From Eledone cirrhosa (lineage: Eukaryota): a stretch of 64,000 nucleotides of DNA. The notes under the pieces are model-generated. The model was not told where the DNA came from. It ran no database searches and saw nothing but the letters and a program-made list of their open reading frames with translations. Position 1 is the stretch's first letter. Each line of letters starts with the position of its first letter. Shown here one piece after another: positions 13,457 through 26,352 of this stretch. The position numbers and the translations under genes are program-made. Where the stretch lies: positions 343,976,001 to 344,040,000 of the forward strand of contig OZ024740.1 of assembly GCA_964016885.1 (NCBI GenBank). Reading direction: 5' to 3'.

Positions 13457-14549
13457 CCGATAAATTAACGGAGGCATAGGCCCTCGCTATTTCCTGTAAA
13501 TAATGTGCTCAAAGGAGAAGAGATCCTGAGCTCTTTAAAATACAATATGTTGGATAGGTAACACACCAGAGAGAGATATACAGTACGCTATCAATAAAAC
13601 AGGGGAAAAAACCACCAGTGTATGGAATCTATAATCTATGAAAGGCAGCCTATAGACACGATAATTAAAAATATAAATTAAAGCGTAAATAAATACCTCT
13701 TTAACTATATAACACACGTACAAATCCAAAGATACTAATCCAAAGATATGTTTCACCAGTAATTTGTTGAAAGAAATGGGTTAGCCTCGGTTCATCAGCG
13801 TGTGTAAGGCTATACATTTCAGACAACACTAAGAGAATTTAAAAAGTGACTGTCTAGCTTCACGTGGGAGAGAGAAGTCACAGCGTGTTTAAGGGCAGTG
13901 AACCAGTGGCCTCTGAGGGACGAACTGCTAGAAAGGGCAACCCAAAGCCACTCAGAGAAGTGTGCTCAACCAAACAGAGATAGGAAAGACTGTTATTAGG
14001 AGCGAAATATCACGATAAATTAACGGAGGCATAGGCTCTCGCTATTCCCTGTAAATAATGTGCTGAAAGGAGAAGAAATCCTGAGCTCTTTAAAATACAA
14101 TATGTTGAAAAGGTAACACACCAGAGAGAGATATACAGTGCGCTATCAATAAAACAGGGAAAAAACCCCACCAGTGTATGGAATCTATAACCTATGAAAG
14201 GCAGACTATAGACACGATAATTAAAAATATAAATTAAAGCGTAAATAAATACCTCTATAACTATATAACACACGTACAAATCTAAAGATAGTAATCCAAA
14301 GATATGTTTCACCAGTAATTTCTTTCAACAAATTACTGGTGAAACATATCTTTGAATTAGTATCTTTGGATTTGTACGTGTGTTATATAGTTATAGAGGT
14401 ATTTATTTACGCTTTAATTTATATTTTTAATTATCGTGTCTATAGTCTGCCTTTCATAGGTTATAGATTCCATACACTGGTGGTTTTTTCCCACTGTTTT
14501 ATTGATAGCGCACTGTTTATCTCTCTCTGGTGTGTTACCTTTTCAACAT

Positions 14550-14553
<4 letters not shown>
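13457..14553 (-). mobile_element. HHR-bearing non-coding unit (family B): ~557-bp tandem repeat followed by an inverted partial copy
   Basis: 13459-13763 repeats directly at 14014-14320; 14321-14553 is the reverse complement; (TA)n both sides. Confidence 0.85.
13712..13805 (-). ncRNA. Type I hammerhead ribozyme with long stem III (family B)
   Basis: rc: ACACACG CTGATGA ACC..GGT GAAA CATATCTTTGGATtagtATCTTTGGATTTG TA CGTGTGT; 7-bp stem I, GUA site. Confidence 0.85.
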
Positions 14554-14605
<52 letters not shown>

Positions 14606-14668
14606 ATTATAAAGAAAGAAGAAACATTAGATATAAATAAAAAGATATAATATACCTAAATTCCTTCA

Positions 14669-14767
14669 TTATCCTCGACTACGTAGTTTCGTGGCTTATT
14701 ATGCAAAAACATTACATCATAGAGATGCAGTATTTTTGTGAAGTTTGCCGACTTATCAAGAGGATAA
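14669..14767 (-). ncRNA. Type I hammerhead ribozyme, U3:A8 variant, extended stem II (family C)
   Basis: rc: TTATCCTC TTGATAA GTCGGC..hairpin..GCCAC GAAACTACGTAGTC GAGGATAA. Confidence 0.85.
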
Positions 14768-15436
14768 CTCATTTAGAGTTTCAAAATACGTCCGTAGGAC
14801 GCGAGATAGAATCCCGAAAGGCGGAGGGGAAACTTATCACGTGATACAGCGGTCAAGAAACAGAGCTAAGCCTCTTACAACTAAGAGAAAAATACCACAA
14901 AAGGCGGAGGGAGTATTTATGTCAAGGCCGTAGAAGAGTTGGCTAGGAGGGCGAGAAGTGTGATTAGTGTAAGCTTAACAGCAGTCACTATACTTCCGTG
15001 GTTACTCTCACCGTAGGGAGTTATAAACAATACAAAGAAATACACAGACACATGCGAATACATACATATACATGCATATACCCACATATATCCCTGAATT
15101 TGTGTGGTGCCAACCTTAACCATTGTTGCTTTATGAATAATAGGGACAAAATAATCTGGATGGATTAGATTGATTCAATATCAGAGCTATATAATGCATT
15201 ATAAAGAAAGAAGAAACATTAGATATAAATAAAAAGATACATGCATATACCCATGCAAATACCCACCTTCTTCGGCCTTGACATAAATACCCCCTCCGCC
15301 TTTTGTGGTATTTTTCTCTTGGTTGTAAGAAGTTTAGCTCTGTTTCTTGACCGCTGTATCACGTGATAAGTTCCCCCTCCGCCTTTCGGGATTCTATATC
15401 GCGTCCTACGGAGGTGTTTTGAAACTCTAAATGAGA

Positions 15437-15532
15437 TATCCTCTTGATAAGTCGGCAAACCTCACAAAAATACTGCATCTCTATGATGTAGTGTTTTTGC
15501 ATAATAGCCACGAAACTACGTAGTCGAGGATA
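15437..15532 (+). ncRNA. Type I hammerhead ribozyme, U3:A8 variant, extended stem II (family C)
   Basis: TATCCTC TTGATAA GTCGGC..CAAAAATACTGCATC tctat GATGTAGTGTTTTTG..GCCAC GAAACTACGTAGTC GAGGATA. Confidence 0.88.
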
Positions 15533-15972
15533 ATGAAGAAATGTAAGTATATTATATCTTTTTATTTATATCTAATGTTTCTTCTTTCTTTATAATGTAT
15601 TATATAGCTCTGATATTGAATCAATCTAATCCATCCAGATTATTTTGTCCCTATTATTCATAGAGCAACAACGGTTAATGTTGGCACCACACAAATTCAG
15701 GGATATATGTGGGTATATGCATGTATATGTATGTATTCGCATGTGTCTGTGTATTTCGTTGTATTGTATATATATATATATATATATAAAAGTGGATGAA
15801 TACTTCAACAGGCACTAAGTGCTTGTAGAAATATGCAAGGTGTTTATAATAGTTGTGGTTCGATGGTACTAATTTGAGATACCAGAACATTATAAAAAGA
15901 GCGGAGCAAGCGGTTATCAAACAATTCTCTAAATAAATTAAAAAAACGATTTAAATAATCACCTGTTCTATT

Positions 15973-16052
15973 GCTGTTACCGACGGTTTCACCATTTCAA
16001 AAATTGGAAATCCAGAGAATTTTCAATGGAAAGAAATGGATCTTCAGACAGC
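15973..16052 (-). ncRNA. Type I hammerhead ribozyme (family D)
   Basis: rc: GCTGT CTGAAGA TCCATT..AATGGT GAAACCGTCGGTA ACAGC. Confidence 0.85.
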
Positions 16053-16477
16053 TTATTTTCATACTATAAGGTTGCCAGCCTTACAGCAAGTAAATATTTC
16101 GCTTCCTGCCCAACGCATACGGTCAAGCCGTTAAAATGACACACACGCAAAATCAGGTCGCAGATAATAGCTGTTTATTATAAACGTGTTGATACTGCCA
16201 CTAAAATTAGTAGCATTATTCAACGTTTTGTTCTCTACGTAAGGAGAAAAATTATAAAAGTGGATGAATACTTCAATAGGCACTAAGTACTTGTAGAAAT
16301 ATGCAAGGTGTTTATAATAGTTGTGTTAGTGGCAGTATCAACACGTTTATAATAAACAGCTATTATCTGCGACCTGATTTTGCGTGTGTGTCATTTTAAC
16401 GGCTTGACCGCATGCGTTGGGCAGGATGCGAAATATTTACTTGCTGTAAGGCTGGCAACCTTATAGTATGGAAATAA

Positions 16478-16557
16478 GCTGTCTGAAGATCCATTTCTTT
16501 CTATTGTAAATTCTCTGGATTTCCAATTTTTGGAATGGTGAAACCGTCGGTAACAGC
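16478..16557 (+). ncRNA. Type I hammerhead ribozyme (family D)
   Basis: GCTGT CTGAAGA T CCATT..AATGG T GAAA CCGTCGG TA ACAGC; stems I, II, III all pair; GUA site. Confidence 0.88.
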
Positions 16558-16628
16558 AATAGACAGGTGATTATTTAAATCGTTTTTTAATTTATTTGGA
16601 GAATTGTTTGATAACCGCTTGCTCCGCT

Positions 16629-16663
<35 letters not shown>

Positions 16664-16716
16664 AGTATGTATGTATACGTACATACATATATGTATACAG
16701 ACGTACAGTAGCATGC

Positions 16717-16755
<39 letters not shown>

Positions 16756-17015
16756 CATACAGGTACACATACATATATGCACGCATCAGTTTAGCGGACG
16801 CTTATTATAACGCCGCTTTGTTCGTTTGTAAACAAACTGAACAGCTGAATTTATGCCATACGGTGTTAAGGCAACCACGTCACCCTTTTTTTTATTTCGT
16901 TTTCGGTATGCCTGACCGATTTAACTCACTCAATATGCAAATTAGGCTGCTCAGCCGTTAATTTTCATAAGGAAAGTATATACTGTCGGACGTTCAACTA
17001 TCTGGCAGATGGGTA

Positions 17016-17060
17016 AACGGTGCTGATGATAGCTAACAAGCTTGAAACTAGTACATCGTT
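17016..17060 (+). ncRNA. Minimal type I hammerhead ribozyme (family E, copy 1)
   Basis: AACGGTG CTGATGA T AGCT aaca AGCT T GAAACTAGTA CATCGTT; 7-bp stem I, palindromic ACTAGT. Confidence 0.9.
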
Positions 17061-17213
17061 CCTGTGTCAGTGTTGAACAAAAAGGTGACGTGGTTGCCGT
17101 AACACCGTATGGCATAAATTCAGGCTGTTCAGTTTGTTTACAAACGAACAAAGCGGCGTTATAATAAGCGTCCGCTAAACTGATGCGTGCATATATGTAT
17201 GTGTACCTGTATG

Positions 17214-17317
<104 letters not shown>

Positions 17318-17559
17318 TGCTACTGTACGTCTGTATACATATATGTATGTACGTGTACATACATACTTACATTTAAGTAAGTGCCATACTAAGAGTGAGA
17401 AATGAAATTTCGTTTTCATTTTTTTTTTTTTTTCAACTTATCGTTTTCGGTATGCCTGACCGAGTTAACTCACTCAATATGCAAATTAGGCTGCTCAGCC
17501 GTTAATTTTCATAAGGAAAGTATATACTTTCGGACGTTCAACTATCTGGCAGATGGGTA

Positions 17560-17604
17560 AACGGTGCTGATGATAGTTAACAGGCTTGAAACTAGTACAT
17601 CGTT
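17560..17604 (+). ncRNA. Minimal type I hammerhead ribozyme (family E, copy 2)
   Basis: AACGGTG CTGATGA T AGTT aaca GGCT T GAAACTAGTA CATCGTT. Confidence 0.88.
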
Positions 17605-17757
17605 CCTGTGTCAGTGTTGAACAAAAAGGTGACGTGGTTGCCTTAACACCGTACGGCATAAATTCAGGCTGTTCAGTTTGTTTACAAACGAACAAAGCGG
17701 CGTTATAATAAGCGTCCGCTAAACTGATGCGTGCATATATGTATGTGTACCTGTATG

Positions 17758-17855
<98 letters not shown>

Positions 17856-17972
17856 TGCTACTGTACGTCTGTATACATATATGTATGTACGTATACATAC
17901 ATACTTACATTTAAGTAAGTGCCATACTAAGAGTGAGAAATGAAATTTCGTTTTCATTTTTTTTTTTTTCTA

Positions 17973-18013
<41 letters not shown>

Positions 18014-18854
18014 TGTATATATATATAAATATATATATATATGCGCGCTTTTGTGTGCATGTGTGTGTTTGTATTGCGTGGTTGTGTGTATGTATGTGTG
18101 ATAAGGAAGCATATATTTCTTTCTTTAAGGCCCCAACAGCAGATGGATCCGGAGAGATGCGGTCGTGATATATAGTGTGTCTTGAATATTTTAAATCTGG
18201 TGAAGGTCATTGACCTTCATATCTGATCACAGCGGATTTCTTCAACGCAGAAAGTGACTGAAATGCGTCGACCCAATTATCTGTCTGTTACTTTATCAAA
18301 CCCCCAAAAATGAAACGTAAGCTGATCTCAATGGATACTAACTTAGTTTGTAAAGAGCTTGAACGAATCCCACTAGGCCTGTATCACGCTCTAATGACTC
18401 AACCTGTTCACCGCTTTATTGTGAAACACATAGGAACAATGGAAATCGAACTGATAAGTTGGGTTAGCAAGAGAATAAACAAAATCAGTGAGTGTAACTG
18501 ATAAACAAATACACATACACAAAACTTAATATTAAAATCTCAATAAATGATATAACATTCCAGACCTTTTTGTGTTAATGATAATAATACTAAAATCATT
18601 GCTATATTATCCATATATTATCCATATATACTATGTATGTGTAACATACACACATAGGAACAAGCCTCACTAACACGTCACTCGCGAAACGAAGTAAACA
18701 TAAGCAAATATAACTGAATCTAATTTTGAATTGTATGTAAAAATATACGTTGACAAGTATATATTATGTGGTGTTGCTATTGTTGGTTTTGATGAGGACG
18801 ATTAATGATAATGATAATTAGGATGATGAGGAAATAATATTTATTAAAATAATG

Positions 18855-19085
18855 ATTTCTAGTATAGGTACAAGGCCAGTAATTTGAGGGGTAAGGAAAG
18901 TCGATAACATCGATCCCAGTACGTTACTGGTGCTTTATTATTAAAATAATGATAATGAATTTAATTTTGAGGGTGTGGTGGTGAGGCAATTATATTTACC
19001 CCAGTATTTGAATATCGCTTTATTTTATCGACCGCGAAAGGAAGAAAAGTTTAATCGCCATCGATCGAATTCAAGCACAAAACCT
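18855..19085 (-). mobile_element. Two partial, diverged SINE 3' fragments
   Basis: ACAAGGCCAG..ACTGGTGCTTTATT and TTTATTTTATCGACCGCGAAAGGA match the SINE family. Confidence 0.6.
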
Positions 19086-19834
19086 ACACTGAAACAACTG
19101 GACGGCTGAAAATATACGGCTTAATGTTTACGATGCTGGTTTCGGGATCGTAAGGGAATGGGTTCGATCTCAACGATGAACAGCGCGGTTTTTACTTCAG
19201 TAACGCACATTTCAAATTGTTCCATCCAGGCAAACTGATAACATGAGTTCTAGCTACAAATGGTTGCTTACATTCTGGTAGATTGGTGTCCTGTCCATAT
19301 TGCACGAAACCGGGATTCGCTACGTACTACTGGGCTTCCAAGCTCAAGAAAGACCTTAAACTAGAAACCGGTATTTATTTTGTCCGGTACTCTACTTACT
19401 CTAACAATTTAATATTCTTATTAAAAAGTTCAGAGATATCAGTTAGAGAAAGCAATTTTCCAAAACGAAATATTCTAAGTGAACAAATAGCATTAATTCA
19501 AATGAACTAATGGAATTAATTTAGACAATGAAGTTATAATTAATCAACATTTCCATCTCGGCTAGCAAAAGTAGATATAAACATAGTGAGAAAAATTGTT
19601 TGCGACTCTCAGAGTTAAGGGAGATTTCCATTGGATTCAAGCAGAAGACAGGGTGGGGGGAGCGGTGTCTTGATAATGATAGAAGTCAGAAACAGTCAAC
19701 TGATAACCCGTTCCTGCCACTGCCGGAATCCAACTGATGGCGTTAAACATCAGTTTCCAAAATTCATAGCTAAAGGCTAAATGTTTATTTTTAAACATAC
19801 CATGTATCACTAGATATAAAAATACACATACATA

Positions 19835-19925
<91 letters not shown>

Positions 19926-20827
19926 TATATATATATTGCCACTTCCCACCTCAGGCTGCCTGCTAGTTTGATGACTAAACAGGCTTTGTTTAGGTCATCT
20001 TTTCTAAACCATTTCCATGTCGTATGGATGATAGTGCATCCTCAAAAAGGGTTGCTCAGACGCTGAAGACTCCGCCTGAGCATGTTACTATTCAGGCCAA
20101 AAGTGAAACGACGTTAGGATGAGACTCGAGCCGCCATGTGTAGATTTGTGACTATGTGCTTCTAGCCTGTCGAGTCTGCACACGTTACCACTCCTCTGTG
20201 GTGACAGTTGTAGACATACTCATCACACTTGGGTAATTGCAGGCTGGTGAGCATATCTAACCAATAGTTTGGGTGGATGGTCGTGGACTCCTTGAGTTCA
20301 TCCGCCCTTTGATAGCACTTGTTTTTGTGATGCTAGGTTTCCACTTGCCTCCATGGTACCAGTAGTAGACAGAGGCCTGTGCTGACACATGTCCTGACCT
20401 TCGCCGGTAGATTTAGCGATACACATGACATGGACCGACTGATAATATCCCATTGCGATAAAAGCCTCCTCTTCAACAAATAGCCACTTGGTGTTTATTT
20501 TGGACAATTCAAAAGTAATATTCCCCTAAAAGTTAATAAAATTCTTACTTTTAGAACTTTACACTATATATGTAAAAAATATACACCAGCGCTTTGATAA
20601 TTGTGAATGTATTAACAATATTGCAGATGTATGTAGCAGGAATGTATGGTAGAATATACTCTCATATTTCTAGAGCACCTAACAATATATGAGTGTAGAA
20701 ACACAAATAGAGATTTACACACACACGTAAACATAACAGAGGCATACATACATACACACACACAAACATTCACACACGCACACACACACACACATAGATA
20801 CAAACCCACTCAAATTCACTCCACCCC

Positions 20828-20923
<96 letters not shown>

Positions 20924-21279
20924 CAACCGTACACAAGCCGAGAAAAATGAACTGTCAGTAGCCAATACGCATAGAAAAACACATCCAGAACCACCTACCG
21001 ACTTTCAGACCGAAACAACCACATGATGTACTCACATCACCTATACAGACACAAATACAAAGTCATGATATAAACGCACTAATAAAATTCGAAGCGTATG
21101 TACAATATTATCGACCGAAAAAGCCAACGATAAGAGCAATAAGTTAGAATTGTTGTATAAGAAAATCAAAATAAGCCACATATTGGAACAATACTTGCTT
21201 CGTTTCCATAAGAATAAGTAGATCGGATTAAGATAAAAAATAACAAAACCCAAAGGTATAGGTTGTTAAAAAGCTTGAT

Positions 21280-21930
21280 TTTAAAAGAGGAAGCCTTAAG
21301 CTTTATAATCGCAGCTCAGCTCCAGTGACTTTCAACTGGGCACCACTCATATAATAATAGCTGTAAAACCACCATCAACAATAGCAACAAATATAATATT
21401 ACTTAATCACAAATAAAACCTGAGTAATGCATGTGTAATCAATCTGAATAAATTATATTTCAGAATGTGATTTGATGTCCAACTTTGACCATATCAGACT
21501 AACTTCATAGACATAAGAATGTAGCTAGTTGCATTCACCGGAAAATATGCAAACAGCTGAAATTCCTCGCTGATGACAAATGATATATGCGTAAACCAAA
21601 AGCAATCACGCAGAATAATAATACGAGAACTATCGAGGATATGCAAATATATACAGACAAGGAGATAAGAGCTAATCACTCTGACATTGCCATCAAAGAT
21701 AACCAAGAAAAGAATTATGCACTGATTGATGTGGCATGCCCATCTGATAAGAATAGATATGTGGAAGAAATAGAGAAACACACGTTTCAAATACAAAGAC
21801 CTGATAATGGAAATTATAAAAACCGGGAATCTAAAATTCAAAATTGTACCTTTTTATAATAAGGGCGCAGAGTGCAATGAAACATAGACTAAAGCATAGA
21901 ATTGAAGGAGTCCATGGTGAGATTTCAATG
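21280..21930 (+). pseudogene. Degraded R4/Dong-like LINE fragment (restriction-like endonuclease region)
   Basis: IYTDKEIRANHSDIAIKD..ALIDVACPSD..EIEK is a PD-(D/E)xK RLE signature; many stops and frameshifts. Confidence 0.7.
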
Positions 21931-22089
21931 GTTGTGATATATAGGAGATATAAATCATTTGCTGTAGAAAATGTCGTCAGGCATGGTATTTCAAACACAC
22001 ATATACTCTAAATATACAGGAACCTACCAGAGACAAAGTATCTCTCCTAAAGAAAGATTAAAACATCATTGTTGTCATCATCAGCCGCA

Positions 22090-22120
<31 letters not shown>

Positions 22121-22206
22121 CTTCTTCTTCTTCTTCTTCTTCTTCTTCTTCTTCTTCTTCTTCTTCTTCTTCTTCTTCTTCTTCTTCTTCTTCTTCTTCT
22201 TCTTCT
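22090..22206. repeat. (CTT)n microsatellite
   Basis: Direct reading. Confidence 0.98.
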
Positions 22207-22552
22207 AATGCGGCTGGATACCCAACCAACACCAGACAAGCTCATGGATATTAGCCAACCATCTTGCTCGAGGTCTATATTTGGAAAGTTCCTTCATTTC
22301 ATTTAGTGACATGGCTGCCGCTTGGAATTGGCAGCTCGGCAAAAAGACATTTATTATTCTGCAGATTTTTGACAATTTGACTTAATCTTTTTTCCTTGCA
22401 TGAATTTACATATTACATAGTATAATAATTTTCTCTGATGTAATATGTAAATAAATTTATGTAAATAAATTTTTATGATCTGTTTGTACCGTCTTTCTTC
22501 ATGTTACATTCCATATAGCTTACACAGGCAGGCAAGCTCCAGCAAAATGACA

Positions 22553-22647
<95 letters not shown>

Positions 22648-23679
22648 TTTAGACATTTGAGAATATCAAATAATATTACATTCAACTAGAACGGGTAGAT
22701 CTACATCTTCGTGATATGAATACACAATGCAAAAGCCGGTACAAATACCACACATTATAATAAAATGTAAGCCCTTCTTTCGCTCCTTCTTCCTACTCAC
22801 ACCGCATTAAAAACTTCGCGAAATTATGTATTTTCAGAATTGCCACTACTAGAATTCTCTATATCTATGAACGATTAATGTGAGCTCATAAACCTCAACT
22901 GGCCAAGGGGAGCTTTCACCGTAATGGGTGTTGTCACTTCTCTGAGTAAAGGACGAAAAGAAATAAAACGCTAAAAATTACTGATGAATTGCATATCGAA
23001 TCCGGATGGATGAAAAGCGAGGAATAGCTCAACAAAAGGAAAAATTAAAATAGCAAATTTTCCTTTAGGAAGTCAATCACTAATACAACCTTCCAGTTCT
23101 ACATTTAACTGCACACATATATCAGCCTTTCTTCTGATCTGTCGTGTTACTCTATTCTCTCTTCTCAAATCATTCTCTTTATCTATTTAGAATTAGAAAC
23201 GAAAGGTTGGCGGAAACGGTGGACGTGAAAATAGAATAGCTACTGTCAATTATCGAAAACTGTTTGCAGGTCATTCTACAGTAAACGCAACTGAGATATA
23301 TTTGAAATCTTCCATTCAAATTTAGTAATCTTACAGATTAAATGATTATCCATTCATATTGTTCATCCTCTACCTTTCTCCATACATCTTCCTGTATATT
23401 CAGTTTATTTCCAAATACCGTTCCAACCATTTATCATAAAATCACCGCTACTAAATATATCGCTATTGCAACCACTGTATTTATCAGCACCGCCACCAAA
23501 ATTACTGCCACGACCACCACTACTCATAACCACCACAAACACAAAAACAAACATCACCACCACCACCACCACCACCACCAACACCACTAACACAACCACC
23601 ACAAACACTAACAAGAAAGGAATAATATAAAGCACCGCTCTGCGCCTCTCTTTTTTTTTCTCCTAATGTTGTCAGACAT

Positions 23680-24230
23680 CCAAATTATACACTAGAGCAC
23701 ACACACAGCAACTATACGGACGAAATTAAAGTGATGTCAGCGATCAAAAGATATGACGATATATATGCTCTCCAACGAAACCTAGATACCATATTCAGCT
23801 GGACGAATTATATTATCCTGTGAACTCCAAATAATTCCATGTCGTCTGTTATGAAAAGTGTATTCCGAACAAGACTTTTTACATTGTTCCAAGGAGCAAA
23901 GCAATTCAAAACTCTGAGCTCATTTGTGATATAGTTACAGGTACGTCTGTAGATTTACGTTTCTCTAAACACATCCACAAATTGCGTCATTTCAAATCTG
24001 TTGACCTTTCGCTTGTGGGATACAAAGAATATTTAGTGCGTCAGACATGAAAGTGGCACAGATAATCTGAAACAATTCCTTGCTTTGGGCACGTTGAACT
24101 ACTGTTCTTAACTGTAGTCCATTTACAGTAAATAGATTTCCTAAAAACGAGAGGGACTGCTAAAATTATTCAGCAAAGAAGTAAGCACAACAGAGGGCAT
24201 TACGGACTAGGAAAGCTTCGATGCTTCATG
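23680..24230 (+). pseudogene. Highly degraded CR1/Jockey-group LINE RT fragment
   Basis: 23713 onward reads YTDEIKVMSAIKRYDDIYALQRNLDTIFSW, resembling the YADD.K....D...LQ.DL..I..W motif. Confidence 0.55.
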
Positions 24231-24321
24231 TTTCTAAAACTTTTGAGCGCCAGCAGTGGGAAATTCTTGGAAATCGTGAACTGAACATTGGCATACGAGA
24301 AAGAAAGAAAGAGAGTGAGCA

Positions 24322-24446
<125 letters not shown>

Positions 24447-25082
24447 ATGAGAGTGGAAAAGGGAGAAAGGAATGGGAGGAAAACCTGCTTAGAATAGCAG
24501 CCGAAACCATATATCACATTCTAACTTCATCAAAAGAGGACAGATGTTAACCTTAGATGCATTATATCCGATAAACATGTGAGGTAATCATGTCTAGGAT
24601 ATTTTTTGATCATATGTTTGTTCGATGTAGAATGACCTGAGGCAAGAAAGGACAGCTAGAAGCACAAATAAACAACACCAAGTGAAGCCAAGACAAAGAA
24701 CGCTAAGCCAAGTCATTTTCGCTATACGAAACTAATTAATTATGCGTCACGCTGTGGCACACCATATCACACAATGTCACACCGCCAAATGCTAAACTCT
24801 GTCACGTTACGCTATGACAAGCTACGCTATACCTTGTCAAGTCAAATAACACCACATTATGCCAAGTTAAGTCACGCTACATCACGACATGCGACAACGA
24901 GACATGCCAAATGGTATCATGCTAAACGAAGCCAACGAAAAATAGTTAAATTTTTGGTGACTAGAGCACACATGTACCGGTCTCTCTACGTCTCTCTCCT
25001 CTTTCTCTCTAGCCACACACACACATACACACACACATATATATATATGCATATGTGTGTGTGTGTGTGTGTGCATAATAAC

Positions 25083-25260
25083 TATTTCTACTTTTAACAA
25101 AAGGCCACTAATTTGAAGGGGGCGATTATATTCACCCCTGTACCTTACTGGTACTTCTTTATCGACCCCGTAAGGATGAAAGGCAAAGTTGAATCAAGCG
25201 GGATTGGAAATCAGAACGTATATGGCCGTAAATCCCACAAAGCCTTTCGTATGACAACCT
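25083..25260 (-). mobile_element. tRNA-type SINE
   Basis: ACTGGTACTT..ATCGACCCCGTAAGGATGAAAGGCAAAG core. Confidence 0.8.
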
Positions 25261-25375
25261 ACCGATACTACCAATCCACAATAAAAATAGCAATAAAAGC
25301 AATAAAGTAAGGATATATATATAAATATAATTACGATATTAAATAAATGGAAACTATATTTATAAAACCATATTT

Positions 25376-25438
25376 ATTTCATTATACATATTTCAGGGAT
25401 ACCAAATTAAAATATGGCATGCCTTCGTCAGATAAAAT
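25376..25438 (-). ncRNA. Type I hammerhead ribozyme (family F)
   Basis: rc: ATTTTAT CTGACGA AGG c ATGCCA..TGGTAT c CCT GAAATATGTATA ATGAAAT; 7-bp stem I, AUA site. Confidence 0.8.
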
Positions 25439-25520
25439 ACAATATATAAACAGTTTTATAAATAATTTTGACGTACCCTATTAGAAGCGACCATTATTTT
25501 TGGAAGCTGTCTGGATAGTG

Positions 25521-25583
25521 TTTATATCAGTTATAAAATATTTATATCAGTTATAAAATATTTATATCAGTTATAAAATATTT
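25521..25583. repeat. Three tandem copies of a 20-mer TTTATATCAGTTATAAAATA
   Basis: Direct reading. Confidence 0.95.
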
Positions 25584-26024
25584 ACTTGTTGTATCCCAAC
25601 AATTTTAAATAAAACTTTTGCATATAAATATAATTATATATCTACATCATAATATGCATACTTATAATTAGAAAACAGGTTAACTTATTGAAAGGTACTA
25701 CAACACAGGTTTGACGGTCACATAGTCGAACAACTTGAGCATATAAACAGTTGGAGAGGGAAACAAAACTTCTAGAGGTTTATTTACTCAAATTGTATTG
25801 TTCCAGCTTATAATAAGCTAACATACAATCAAAATTCAAATTCGATCAACGTTTCATGAGGCGATTGTTTATAAATTTACATAATAATATCATTAAATAG
25901 AGCACTTTATTTTGAAATTTTAGTAAAAATCGCAAGATTTAGAAATGATATACGGCGGACATCTAAATACTGCGGCAGCATATATCATCCAGCTCACTTT
26001 TTCATTTGATATACAAATGTATTA

Positions 26025-26261
<237 letters not shown>

Positions 26262-26321
26262 TTACCCACTCTACTACCCTAAGTATTGAGTACTTTGGTG
26301 CGTTATGGTCCAAAGTACTCA

Positions 26322-26349
<28 letters not shown>

Positions 26350-26352
<3 letters not shown>

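Larger units (their letters stand above)
14604..15768. mobile_element. HHR-bearing unit (family C): ~594-bp monomer plus start of a second, then a circularly permuted inverted copy
   Basis: 14605-14647 recurs at 15198-15240; 15272-15600 = rc of 14604-14930; 15600-15765 = rc of ~15030-15197. Confidence 0.85.
15786..16633. mobile_element. HHR-bearing unit (family D): ~468-bp monomer with terminal direct repeat, then an inverted copy
   Basis: 15788-15856 recurs at 16256-16325; 16326-16632 = rc of 15896-16204. Confidence 0.85.

Noticed and set aside
20063-20120. CTGAAGA..hairpin..GAAACGACGTT hammerhead-like string
   Set aside because: No adjacent stem I and stem II base out of register; more likely a retroelement UTR on the other strand
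21971-22306. Poly-Leu/Glu/Ser ORFs
   Set aside because: (CTT)n repeat
22981-23035. CTGATGA..GAAA candidate
   Set aside because: No stem I and no correctly placed UH cleavage site
24680-24935. Degenerate 5-mer periodic sequence, superficially array-like
   Set aside because: Decayed pentanucleotide satellite with no repeat-spacer structure
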